From Desulfatiglandales bacterium (lineage in GTDB: Bacteria > Desulfobacterota > DSM-4660 > Desulfatiglandales > Desulfatiglandaceae), in NCBI GenBank assembly GCA_963666345.1, contig OY762721.1:4000001-4064000 (forward strand): 64,000 nt of DNA. The letters run 5' to 3'. Positions 9,793 to 18,960 of this stretch are shown one piece after another. Positions within the stretch are counted from its first letter, which is position 1. The number at the start of each line of letters is the position of its first letter. The notes below the pieces were generated by a model, which saw only the letters and a list, made by a program, of their open reading frames with translations, made no database searches and was not told where the DNA came from. Made by a program: the position numbers and the translations under genes.

Positions 9793-9822
9793 GAATAAAT
9801 TTGGCAAAATCAGGGCGTCCCG

Positions 9823-10803
9823 CTATTTTTCCTCGGGCTCATCAAGGTCAAGCTCAAATTCCAATGAATCCAGATCAAGTGTAAGCTCTTCATCCATGTC
9901 TTCGGAGGGCTCGGCCTTGGCGGCTTCCCTGTTATCATCGGCGGAAATTTCATCGAGCAGTGAGGCTGCTTCAGCAAGTTTGCTTGATACCTCGTCGCCG
10001 AGTCCGTGTTCGATTTCATCCTCTTCAAAAGGAGAAGGTTCCTCAAGATCAAAGATGAATACCTCGTCGCCGAGTCCGTGTTCGATTTCATCCTCTTCAA
10101 AAGGAGAAGGTTCCTCAAGATCAAAGATGAAATCTTCTTCTTGCTCCTGTTTTGATTCTTCCCCCGGATCAAGATTGAGTTCTTCTTCCATGTCAGAATC
10201 TTCCTCATCATCAAGATCAAGGGCCAGATCAAGCTCTTCCTCGATGTTTCCGGCATCTTCCATGGAAACGTCCTTCCGGTCCATGAGAGAATCAGGACTT
10301 TCGAGCTCCTTATCCAGATCGGCAAGATCAGGCTCAAAGAGTATCTCTTCTTCAGGCAGGGATTGCTCAGGTTCGTCAATGGTGAAATCTTCAAGTTCTA
10401 TTTCATCTTCCAGATCAGGCTCAAAGAGGATCTCTTCTTCCGAATCCGTTGCCTCGTAAGGCTCTTCAACAGTGAGATCTTCAAGCTTAATCTCATCTTC
10501 CATGTCGGAGTCGATGCTGATCTCGAATTCTTCAGGCTCCGCTTCGACTGCCGGATCGGGAGATGTTTTCCCCGAATCCATTTCCTGGGGCCTTTTTAAG
10601 GGTGGGATTCCTTCAGGGGGTGAAAATTCAAGATCCAAAGGGGCACCGTTGCCCTGGCCGATGAGTGAGCCTAGAAGGGAAGGGGGATTGGGGATATAAG
10701 AGGGATGATTCATTTTAGCCCCTGCCCCTGATATGTCCCGATTACACTTGGGGCATACTTCGTTGTAGTCAAAACTAATATAACCGCATTTTGGGCATTT
10801 CAT
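9823..10803 (-). CDS. Zinc-ribbon protein with long acidic low-complexity tail
   Basis: MKCPKCGYISFDYNEVCPKC followed by about 250 aa of D/E-rich repeats. Confidence 0.8.
   Translation of the reverse strand: MKCPKCGYISFDYNEVCPKCNRDISGAGAKMNHPSYIPNPPSLLGSLIGQGNGAPLDLEFSPPEGIPPLKRPQEMDSGKTSPDPAVEAEPEEFEISIDSDMEDEIKLEDLTVEEPYEATDSEEEILFEPDLEDEIELEDFTIDEPEQSLPEEEILFEPDLADLDKELESPDSLMDRKDVSMEDAGNIEEELDLALDLDDEEDSDMEEELNLDPGEESKQEQEEDFIFDLEEPSPFEEDEIEHGLGDEVFIFDLEEPSPFEEDEIEHGLGDEVSSKLAEAASLLDEISADDNREAAKAEPSEDMDEELTLDLDSLEFELDLDEPEEK
9987..10131. repeat. Exact tandem duplication, 72-bp period, in frame
   Basis: Encodes FIFDLEEPSPFEEDEIEHGLGDEV twice; nucleotide-identical. Confidence 0.95.
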
Positions 10804-10953
10804 TTTTGACTCCAAAAATTACATAGAATAAAATACAGTTTGTGCAAATTGATTGAATTATATTAATAAGAGTATCATATTACGATAGATAACACTGTTT
10901 TATGTAATGGTCAAGAAATGTCTGTTCCGTGTGGTTGTGCCTGGATCTTTTAC

Positions 10954-11433
10954 TTATGACCTTCCAAGGTATCTGCCGCCCAGATCGAGTGTGCAGAGCG
11001 GTTTATCCTCACTGTAAACCTTTGCCTTAAGGATTTCTGCAGTGAAGAGCGTGTGATTACCCGGGCTTGATTTTTCTCTTACCTCGCACTCTATCCAGGC
11101 TATGCAGTCTTTCAGGATAGGGCATCCCTTATCCCCTTCAAACCAGTCGAGTCCCCTGAATTTTCCAGAAGGCTCCGGCGCCTTGAATCTGGTAAGCATT
11201 TCCGACTGTCTTTCACCTATGACATGAAGCGCGAAAAGGCCGCTTTTCTCTATCAGATGATGGGTGAATCTGCCGGGGTGAACCGCGACCATCACCATCG
11301 GAGGCTCGTAAGAGATCTGCGTGACCCACGATGCTATCATCCCGTTTTTTTCGGAGCCGAAAAAGCTTGTAAGGACGTAAATGCCGTTTGTGAATCTTCC
11401 CAGGCCTTCGCGAATTTCAGTATCCATCTCCAT
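10954..11433 (-). CDS. Flavin reductase-like FMN-binding protein
   Basis: NGMIASWVTQISYEPPMVMVAV, GCPILKDCIAWIECEV, GNHTLF. Confidence 0.9.
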   Translation of the reverse strand: MEMDTEIREGLGRFTNGIYVLTSFFGSEKNGMIASWVTQISYEPPMVMVAVHPGRFTHHLIEKSGLFALHVIGERQSEMLTRFKAPEPSGKFRGLDWFEGDKGCPILKDCIAWIECEVREKSSPGNHTLFTAEILKAKVYSEDKPLCTLDLGGRYLGRS

Positions 11434-11451
11434 GTCCCCCTACAAATAGGA

Positions 11452-11916
11452 TTACCGGCATTCCTCCATGGCCGTCCTTGCAAGGCTGTCGCACCTTTCG
11501 TTTTCAGTGTGACCGTTGTGTCCCTTGATCCATGCCCATTCGATATCGTGAGGCTCGCTTACCAGCAGCAGTTCTTCCCATAAGTCCCTGTTGAGCACGG
11601 GTTTTTTCTGCGAATTGATCCAATTGCGCTTGAGCCAGCCCTTTATCCACTGGGTCATGCCTTTGACAACATAGCTGGAATCGGTAACTATCCTTATCCG
11701 GCACGGCCTTTTGATTTGTTTGAGTGCCTCTATTACCGCCCTCATTTCCATCCTGTTATTGGTCGTGTCTCTTTCACAGCCCTGGAGTTCCTTTGACTTT
11801 TCTTTATACCTCAGTATGGCACCGAAGCCGCCCGGGCCGGGATTTCCGCTGCAGGCGCCGTCGGTAAAGATCTCTACCTCTATATCTTCCTTATTGCGAT
11901 TTTTCCCCTCACTCAT
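11452..11916 (-). CDS. rnhA: Ribonuclease HI
   Basis: [43 protein letters not shown]. Confidence 0.97.
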   Translation of the reverse strand: MSEGKNRNKEDIEVEIFTDGACSGNPGPGGFGAILRYKEKSKELQGCERDTTNNRMEMRAVIEALKQIKRPCRIRIVTDSSYVVKGMTQWIKGWLKRNWINSQKKPVLNRDLWEELLLVSEPHDIEWAWIKGHNGHTENERCDSLARTAMEECR

Positions 11917-11919
11917 CTT

Positions 11920-12630
11920 TTAATTCCGTTTTCCCCCGAGTTCCTCTTTTATCCTTCCCCTTATGGGGAGAGTGATTTGAGGTTTTTCAGGATAATTTGT
12001 TTTCAGATTCAATATGCCGTGAAATGCTGAAGATGCGTCAGGTTTGCTTTTAAACAGGACCCTGAAACGCCTCCCCTTTTCAATTTCCTCAATGGTATAG
12101 GTGAGTTGATTCTCCAGATTAAAGTAAACAGGTGTCAATTCGAGGGGCCGATCAAGGCCTGCCCTCAATTCAACCGCCCTTTCTATCGGTTTTCCTCTCT
12201 TCCCTTTAATCAATAAGGATGCCGGCGAATAATAGATCGGAGACTTAACAAAGGCACTTATTGTAAGCCTCATCTCCTTTATCGTGGGATCATTGGAATA
12301 TACCCTGACTGTGTCCCGAAGCCTTCCCTGCTTTCCCGCCGTTTTGACCCTTACGGTTATCTTTCCCTCCCCGCCCGGGGGAACGGCCCAGTCGTAATCG
12401 GGCACTGAACAACCTCATCCGGGTCTTACCTTGTTAATGCTGAGGATCTCGTCTCCCTTGTTAGAGACCGTAAAACTGTGCTCGATAATGCCGCCTTCAA
12501 GTATTTCACCTGCGTCATGGGTCTTTTCCTTGATCACCAGCCTCGGTCCTGCGGCGCTGTGGCAATGGGTTGTCAAGAATATGGAAAAGAAGACAAAAAG
12601 AAAGATAGACCTTATTGTTTTACCTGACAT
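11920..12630 (-). CDS. Secreted DUF1573-type Ig-like protein with in-frame UGA (probable selenocysteine) at 12415-12417
   Basis: ORFs 12415..12630 and 11920..12405 share a frame; read-through gives signal peptide plus HSFTVSNKGDEILSINKVRPG-U-GCSVPDYDWAVPPGGEGKITV, matching the DUF1573 pattern F.N.G...L.I..V..SCGCT...I.PG. Confidence 0.8.
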
Positions 12631-12680
12631 AATGCCTGCCGCTGCTCATGGGATTAAACACCTTTTAATCATATCAACCT

Positions 12681-12821
12681 TGACGGCTTCGTGAAAAGTC
12701 CAACTGTCCCGCCTCGGGCGGGATTACGCTTCATCTTTCGATTGCGATCCCGCCGGAAGCGGGATAAATACGCCTCATTTTTGGTGTGCCGTCTCGATTA
12801 TCACTTTTTACAAATTCATCA
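12681..12821. repeat. Short MITE-like inverted-repeat element with internal GC palindromes
   Basis: Ends TGACGGCTTCGTGAAAAGT / ACTTTTTACAAATTCATCA; internal TCCCGCCTCGGGCGGGA and TCCCGCCGGAAGCGGGA. Confidence 0.6.
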
Positions 12822-12938
12822 GGCTCGACTAATCGGAGATGACCTTCAGGATGTAATATTTATCAGAAGAACTCCGTCATATAAAGGTTTATTTCATCAT
12901 GGAAAACCCGGTTTTCCAAACAGTGTATGAAGATATGC

Positions 12939-13190
12939 GGTTCTTTTCCAACCTGGTTGGCGAAGAGGGTCCATGGACCGAAGGACCCAAGGGATCAAGG
13001 GCTTGTTTTCTAAAGACTTTATCAGCATTTTTAACAATTTTGTGATCTCTGTGCACCTTATGTTGTTTGAGAATTTTCTGATTTATTCCATATGCCTGAA
13101 AAGCTTTCGCAGGATTTCTGCAACAGCTTTAAATCTTTGCAATGCTTTAGCGTATCCTCCGTTTCAATGGAGCACTTGAATCCTTCCATG
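12939..13190. mobile_element. Truncated copy of the GGTTCTTCTCC TIR element (no right end found)
   Basis: Begins GGTTCTTTTCCAACCTGGTTGGCGAAGAGGGTCC and aligns with 19909-20160 over about 240 bp. Confidence 0.8.
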
Positions 13191-13363
13191 AGGCTGCGCC
13201 TTTTTCCTGGCATACGCGTGAACTCGAGTGGGCTAGAATTATAATGACAAGATCCGTTATATGCTATATATATAGAATCGTTAGAAGTTATGGTATGAAT
13301 GCCCAAAGATTCCAGCTCCCTGGCAGGAGCCGGGGGAAATAAAAAAGCTTGAATTGAGAGAAG

Positions 13364-15670
13364 ATGAAAGACCACAAGTCGCAGACTGAAGAAGGGCAGG
13401 TTCATGAGCCCCCGGACGAAGAGGTCTCTTTAAGCAAGGGGATGGTCGTAGCCTGTGAGCGGCTCTCCAGTGAAAGGTACAGGGCCTTTGTAGACAATAT
13501 GGAAGAGGGCGTCTACGAGGTGGACATCCATGGCAACTTCCTCTACTTCAACGATTCTCTTTGCAGGATTTTCGGGTATCCGAGGCAGGAGGTGCAGTTT
13601 CAGAATTTCTCCAGATTTATTGATGAGAGGTACGTAAAGGAGGCCCTTGAGGTGTTTGGCCGCCTTTCCAAGACATCAGAGCCTGTTAGCGGACTTTTCT
13701 GGAAGGGGAGGGCGAAGAACGGTGAGATACGCGTTATGGAGGTATCCGCCAATCTTATAGTCAATAAAGAGGGGGAAAAAATTGGTTTTCGCGGCATCGT
13801 CCGCGACATCACCGAAAGATATGAGGCACAGGAGGCGGTGCGATCTTCCGAGAGGAGATACAGGGCTCTTCTCGATTTCGTCCCATACCCGATAGTCGCC
13901 TTTACCCTTGAGGGGCTGGTGTCTTACCTGAATCCGGCATTTACGCAGACCTTCGGCTGGAGCCTCAAGGAATTAAAGGGCAGGGCCATCCCTTATGTCC
14001 CATCCCATCTTCGCGAAGAGACAAGAGAGAGCATAAAGAGGCTTTTCAAGGAAAAGCTGATATGGAATCTTGAGACCCAGAGGTTGACCAAGGACGGCAG
14101 AATCATGGACGTCATTTCAGGTGCCACCCTTTATTCGGAGACAGGAGATGAGCCGTCAGGGGAACTCGTCATTTTACGGGATATAACTCAAGAAAAGAGA
14201 ATGACCAGGATAAACGAGGCACTGCTCAGAATAAGCCTCGCGCTGCCGGAGTATCCCGATCTTGCAGGCCTGCTGGATTATATTACCGGCGAGGTCAAGA
14301 GCCTTCTGGGAGTTGAGGGGGCCCTTGTAATCTTCCTGGATGAAGAAAAAAAAGAACTTTATTTCAAGGCTGCCTCACACGACGATTCCGATACGGAAAA
14401 GAGGGTGAAGGAGATCAGATTCCCGGCTGATAAAGGGGTTTCAGGCAAGGTAATTGAAACCGGTAAACCGATGATCGTCCCTGATACCTCCAGTAACCCC
14501 TATTTTTATTCGGTGGTCGATGCTCAGGCCAGGTTCGTCACCAAGAGCCTTCTGGATGTCCCGCTGAAAAGCAGGGACAGGATTTTCGGAGTCCTTTGCG
14601 CAATGAACAAAAAGGCGGGGACGTTTGATAAGACCGATGTCGAACTTCTCAATATGCTTGCCGGAACCGTGGGGTTGAGTATAGAAAACGCGAGATTTTC
14701 GGAGGAACTTAAAGAGGCCTACAGGGAAGTGACAAGCCTCAACAGGGCAAAGGACAAGGTGTTGAACCATCTGTCCCATGAACTCAAAACCCCGCTTTCG
14801 GTTCTGAGCGCGTCTCTCAGTATCTTGTCAAAGAAACTGAAGGACCTTCAGGACGAGACATGGAAGACCACGATCGAAAGGTCGAGGCGGAACCTTAACA
14901 GGATTCTGGAGATCCAATACCAGGTGGAAGACATAATGAGGGACAGGACCTACCAGACCTATCGCATGCTTTCCCTGCTTCTTGATGAATGCTCCGACGA
15001 ACTGGTCTCCCTTGTCAGCGACGAGGTCGGAGAAGGCGATATATCGAAGCGAATCAGAACCAGGATCGATGAATTATTCGGTCCCAAAGAGAGCCTTCCC
15101 GAAGATATCCATCTGGATAAGTTCGCAGGGGATGTTATGAAAGAGGTAGCGCCTCTTTTCAGGCACAGAGGGGTGGAGATAGCAAGCTTTTTCGAAGATG
15201 TCCCCGTTATCACCATGCCTCCTGACGCATTAAGGAAGATGGTGGAGGGCCTGTTGAGAAACGCCGTTGAAAACACCCCTGATCAAGGCAGGATCGAGAT
15301 ATACGTTCGGACAAGGGGAAAGGGGTCCGAATTCGTGGTAAAGGACTATGGCGTGGGTATAACGGAAGACAATCAAAGACGAATTTTTGAGGGATTTTTT
15401 ACCACCCAGGAGACCATGGACTATTCCTCCAAGAGGCCGTTTGATTTTAACGCAGGTGGTAAGGGAGCGGATCTGCTGAGGGTCAAGATATTTTCGGAAA
15501 GATACGGTTTTGAGGTAGGCATGGATTCAAACAGGTGCAGATATATACCGTCGGATAAGGATAAGTGCCCCGGGCTCATAAGCGAGTGCGGTTTTTGCGA
15601 TAAGGTCGATGATTGCCTCCTGTCGGGCGGTACAACCTTCAGCCTGTTTTTCCCCGGTTCTTCCGAGTAG
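13364..15670 (+). CDS. PAS-PAS-GAF sensor histidine kinase
   Basis: Two PAS domains (GIVRDITER, VILRDITQEK), GAF domain (SLLDVPLK...GVLCAMNK), H-box NHLSHELKTPL, N-box LLRNAVENT, DYGVGI, IFEGFFTT. Confidence 0.93.
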   Translation: MKDHKSQTEEGQVHEPPDEEVSLSKGMVVACERLSSERYRAFVDNMEEGVYEVDIHGNFLYFNDSLCRIFGYPRQEVQFQNFSRFIDERYVKEALEVFGRLSKTSEPVSGLFWKGRAKNGEIRVMEVSANLIVNKEGEKIGFRGIVRDITERYEAQEAVRSSERRYRALLDFVPYPIVAFTLEGLVSYLNPAFTQTFGWSLKELKGRAIPYVPSHLREETRESIKRLFKEKLIWNLETQRLTKDGRIMDVISGATLYSETGDEPSGELVILRDITQEKRMTRINEALLRISLALPEYPDLAGLLDYITGEVKSLLGVEGALVIFLDEEKKELYFKAASHDDSDTEKRVKEIRFPADKGVSGKVIETGKPMIVPDTSSNPYFYSVVDAQARFVTKSLLDVPLKSRDRIFGVLCAMNKKAGTFDKTDVELLNMLAGTVGLSIENARFSEELKEAYREVTSLNRAKDKVLNHLSHELKTPLSVLSASLSILSKKLKDLQDETWKTTIERSRRNLNRILEIQYQVEDIMRDRTYQTYRMLSLLLDECSDELVSLVSDEVGEGDISKRIRTRIDELFGPKESLPEDIHLDKFAGDVMKEVAPLFRHRGVEIASFFEDVPVITMPPDALRKMVEGLLRNAVENTPDQGRIEIYVRTRGKGSEFVVKDYGVGITEDNQRRIFEGFFTTQETMDYSSKRPFDFNAGGKGADLLRVKIFSERYGFEVGMDSNRCRYIPSDKDKCPGLISECGFCDKVDDCLLSGGTTFSLFFPGSSE

Positions 15671-15679
15671 GGCGCGTGT

Positions 15680-16111
15680 ATGGATGAATTGATAAAATCG
15701 AGTATTTCAAAAGAGGTTTCACAAGAGGGATATTCCGGTAAGCTGGGAATAATGCTTGTGGACCTCGCTCCCGGGTATGCCCTGGTTGAGATGGTTCCGG
15801 CCGGCGATGATCTCAACATATTCGGAACGGTTCACGGCGGGGCCATTTATTCCCTTGCGGACGAGGCGTTTCAGGTCTCATGTAATTCGCACGGGACCGT
15901 TGCGGTGGCTCTCAGCGTGAACATGGTGTATCACCACCCTGCAGAAAAGGGCCTCAAGTTAAGGGCCGAATCCAGGGAGATAAATCGTTCCAAAAAAACT
16001 GCGACTTACGAGATAAGGGTTTCAGACGAACGGGGCACTCTCATAGCCTCCTGCCAGGCCCTGGCCTACAGGAAAGGAAACCGCCTTCCTTTCATTAACA
16101 GTGGTAAATAG
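15680..16111 (+). CDS. PaaI-family hotdog thioesterase
   Basis: LNIFGTVHGGAIYSLADEAF. Confidence 0.9.
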   Translation: MDELIKSSISKEVSQEGYSGKLGIMLVDLAPGYALVEMVPAGDDLNIFGTVHGGAIYSLADEAFQVSCNSHGTVAVALSVNMVYHHPAEKGLKLRAESREINRSKKTATYEIRVSDERGTLIASCQALAYRKGNRLPFINSGK

Positions 16112-16193
16112 CAACCTTTAATGCTGATTATAATTTAAAGCTAACTTAAATGTTATAAATGTGATTATATTTTAATCACTTAAGGAAATTAAT

Positions 16194-16222
16194 TTGACAG
16201 TAGATCAAAAATTAAATATCTT
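16194..16222 (+). promoter_or_regulatory. Putative sigma70 promoter of hpt
   Basis: TTGACA-17 bp-TATCTT. Confidence 0.55.
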
Positions 16223-16248
16223 TCCCGCGTGTTGCTTCAGACGGCCGC

Positions 16249-16800
16249 ATGCTGTCTATTAAATTACTGAAAGTTGAGTCGAGAAAATTGAAACGAGAGA
16301 TCCTTTTTACTAGTGATACGGTTCAGCAAAGGGTAAGGGAAATGGCAGGGGAGATTACAGCCGACTATGAGGGTGAGGAGCCGATCCTTATAGGAGTACT
16401 GAACGGGGTCATATTCTTTTTTGCTGATCTGGTCAGAAGCATTGCCATACCCACTAAAATTGATTTTATAAGGGCCTCGAGTTACGGGTCCGGCACTGTT
16501 TCAAAAGGGGAGATATCGCTGACAAAGGATGTCGAGATCCAGGTTGAGGGAGAGCACGTGATCATCGTCGAGGATATAGTTGACACGGGGCTCACTCTGA
16601 ACCGGATTGTTGATCACCTGGAAGAAAAAGGTGCGAAATCGTGCAGGATATGCGCGCTTATCGACAAGAGCGAAAGAAGAAAAAAGGAAGTGTCTGTCGA
16701 CTACTGCGGTTTCAAATTAGAGGGAGGTTTTGTTGTAGGTTACGGACTTGACTATGGAGAAAGATACAGATATCTGTCTGATATCTGTGTACTTAAATAG
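16249..16800 (+). CDS. hpt: Hypoxanthine phosphoribosyltransferase
   Basis: VIIVEDIVDTGLTL PRPP loop, FVVGYGLDY; true start may be TTG at 16288. Confidence 0.95.
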   Translation: MLSIKLLKVESRKLKREILFTSDTVQQRVREMAGEITADYEGEEPILIGVLNGVIFFFADLVRSIAIPTKIDFIRASSYGSGTVSKGEISLTKDVEIQVEGEHVIIVEDIVDTGLTLNRIVDHLEEKGAKSCRICALIDKSERRKKEVSVDYCGFKLEGGFVVGYGLDYGERYRYLSDICVLK

Positions 16801-16891
16801 TTTCCGATAAGGAAACTTATCTGCGTCCGTTATTATATCTTCCGACGGGCAATAAACGGTAAGAGTCCGCACCTTAAACTCGGGGGTTTAG

Positions 16892-17707
16892 ATGATCATC
16901 CAATGTGAAAAATGTCTTACAAGATTTAATCTCGACGAGGCCTTGCTGCAGGAAAAAGGAACCAGGGTGAAATGTACCGTCTGTTCCAGCATCTTTACGG
17001 CCTATCCTGAAAAAAAGGACCTGGATCGCGAGATCGGGGAGGCCCGGGAAAGGGACGATGAAGAGAAATTCTGGGATGATCGGGAGGGGCCTGGAAAGGA
17101 TTTGGAAGAAGAGGCTGAAGGGCCTTTGGAAGAGACCGCCTACGAACCTGAAACAACAAGAATCGGGAAAAGAAACTCCCGGCTACCGCTTTTATTCCTT
17201 TTGATAATACTTCTGTTTACGGGAGCTGCCGCCCTGATCCATTTTCTGATGCCTGATATGCTTCCCAGGTTACTGCCGTTTTTAAAGACCGAACAGGTCA
17301 AAGAGACAACCGACACAGGTGTCAGCAGACTTACCTTCCATTCCGTATCAGGGGAATTTGTTGATTCCAAAAAGGAAGGCAGCATTTTTCTTATCAATGG
17401 AAAGGTAAAAAACGATTACCCCGAAAACAGGATCTATCTGTTGATGCAAGGCTCCATCCTGGATAACAAGGGTAAGACCGTAAAGACGCAGACGGCCTAT
17501 GCGGGTAACATCCTCACTGAAGAGGAGATAAAGACCCTGAGCCTCACTGAGATCGACGGGGAGTTGAAAAGCCGTACGAGGATGGAAACGGGGAAATACC
17601 TTGTTGCCGGTGGAGCTTCCATCCCCTTTATGATCGTGCTGGGCGGTCTGCCTGATGATGTAAGCGAATTTACCGTTAAGGCGATTCGCTCTTCACCCGG
17701 TGCCTAG
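16892..17707 (+). CDS. MJ0042-type zinc-ribbon membrane protein (DUF3426-like C-terminus)
   Basis: MIIQCEKCLTRFNL...VKCTVCSSIF, acidic linker, one TM helix, periplasmic domain. Confidence 0.8.
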   Translation: MIIQCEKCLTRFNLDEALLQEKGTRVKCTVCSSIFTAYPEKKDLDREIGEARERDDEEKFWDDREGPGKDLEEEAEGPLEETAYEPETTRIGKRNSRLPLLFLLIILLFTGAAALIHFLMPDMLPRLLPFLKTEQVKETTDTGVSRLTFHSVSGEFVDSKKEGSIFLINGKVKNDYPENRIYLLMQGSILDNKGKTVKTQTAYAGNILTEEEIKTLSLTEIDGELKSRTRMETGKYLVAGGASIPFMIVLGGLPDDVSEFTVKAIRSSPGA

Positions 17708-17916
17708 ATCTTTTATGCCCGGCTTCTTCCACTGAACCACCCCAGGCCTGTCAGGGCGCAGTCCTTTTTCCCGATAGCACATATGGTATCCGGTCATTGT
17801 CAGGAGGGTCCTTTTCAATTAGTTGCATTTCGGGGCAAAGAGGCGTTCTCAGGAAGATCCTGAGAGTGGCAACAGCACTTCGGATCCTTTTTGGTTGATT
17901 TAACAAGAGAGGCTGA

Positions 17917-18957
17917 ATGCAGACTATAAAGACTTTTGATGAGGGCCGTTACTCAGGGTTGAAAAAACTGATTAAGGGCCTGATTCTTCTGGGTATGGTT
18001 ATTATTGTCGGCACTTCAGGATATATCGTCCTTGAAAAATGGGGATTCCTGGACGCCCTCTATATGACCGTAATAACCATAACCACCGTAGGTTTTAAAG
18101 AGGTAAGACAGGTTTCCGTGCCGGGAAAGATATTTACCGTGGTCCTTATTTTTATGGGAATCGGGATCATGGCATATACCCTCGGAATGGTGGCCCAAAT
18201 GATGGTTGACCTGCAGATAAGGTCTATTTTGGGGAGGAAGAAATTGGGATCCAGGAGAAAAAATATCAAGGATCATTATATAATTTGCGGATACGGGCGC
18301 ATAGGAAGGATCATCGCCTCTGAGCTGAAGGAAAACAACATACCTTGTGTGGTGGTGGACCTGAATCCGGAGTCAAGACAGTCCCTTGAGAACAAAAAGA
18401 TACCGTTCGTCATAGATGACGCCACAAGCGAAGAGGTCCTGCTGGAGGCAGGAATAGAAAGGGCGAAGGGCCTTGTCGCGGTGGTTTTATCTGATGCGGA
18501 CAATCTATTCATAACCATGACCGCCAGAGGTCTCAACCCTGATCTCTTCATCCTGGCAAGGGCGGATGAAGAACCGAGTAAGAAAAAGCTTTTGAGGGCG
18601 GGGGCCAACCGGGTCGTGCTTCCTTATCTGATCGGAGGGCAGAAGATGGCCCACACGATAATAAGGCCGGAGGTGGAGGCCTTTCTTCAGTCCATGGTCC
18701 ATGACAGGGATATGGAACTGAAGATCGAAGAGATTCGGGTAAGCGGGAACTCAGCCTTGAACGGGCTCAATCTTGTTGATTCGCAAATCAGAAAGTCCCT
18801 AAACGTAATAATCGTTGCAATAAGAAAGGGTGGAGGAGAGATGACCTTCAATCCGTCCTCGGAGAGTCTGATAGAGGCGGACGACATACTTATCGCCCTT
18901 GGCAGGGCTGAGGATCTCGACAAGCTGGAAAAAATGCTTGGATCAAAAGGGCACTGA
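17917..18957 (+). CDS. Potassium channel with RCK (TrkA-N/C) domains
   Basis: Pore TVITITTVGF, IICGYGRIG Rossmann motif, TrkA-C tail. Confidence 0.93.
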   Translation: MQTIKTFDEGRYSGLKKLIKGLILLGMVIIVGTSGYIVLEKWGFLDALYMTVITITTVGFKEVRQVSVPGKIFTVVLIFMGIGIMAYTLGMVAQMMVDLQIRSILGRKKLGSRRKNIKDHYIICGYGRIGRIIASELKENNIPCVVVDLNPESRQSLENKKIPFVIDDATSEEVLLEAGIERAKGLVAVVLSDADNLFITMTARGLNPDLFILARADEEPSKKKLLRAGANRVVLPYLIGGQKMAHTIIRPEVEAFLQSMVHDRDMELKIEEIRVSGNSALNGLNLVDSQIRKSLNVIIVAIRKGGGEMTFNPSSESLIEADDILIALGRAEDLDKLEKMLGSKGH

Positions 18958-18960
18958 GCC

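Noticed and set aside
9810..10459. Long alternative-frame ORFs (194 aa, 187 aa Ser-rich)
   Set aside because: Shadows of the low-complexity acidic gene
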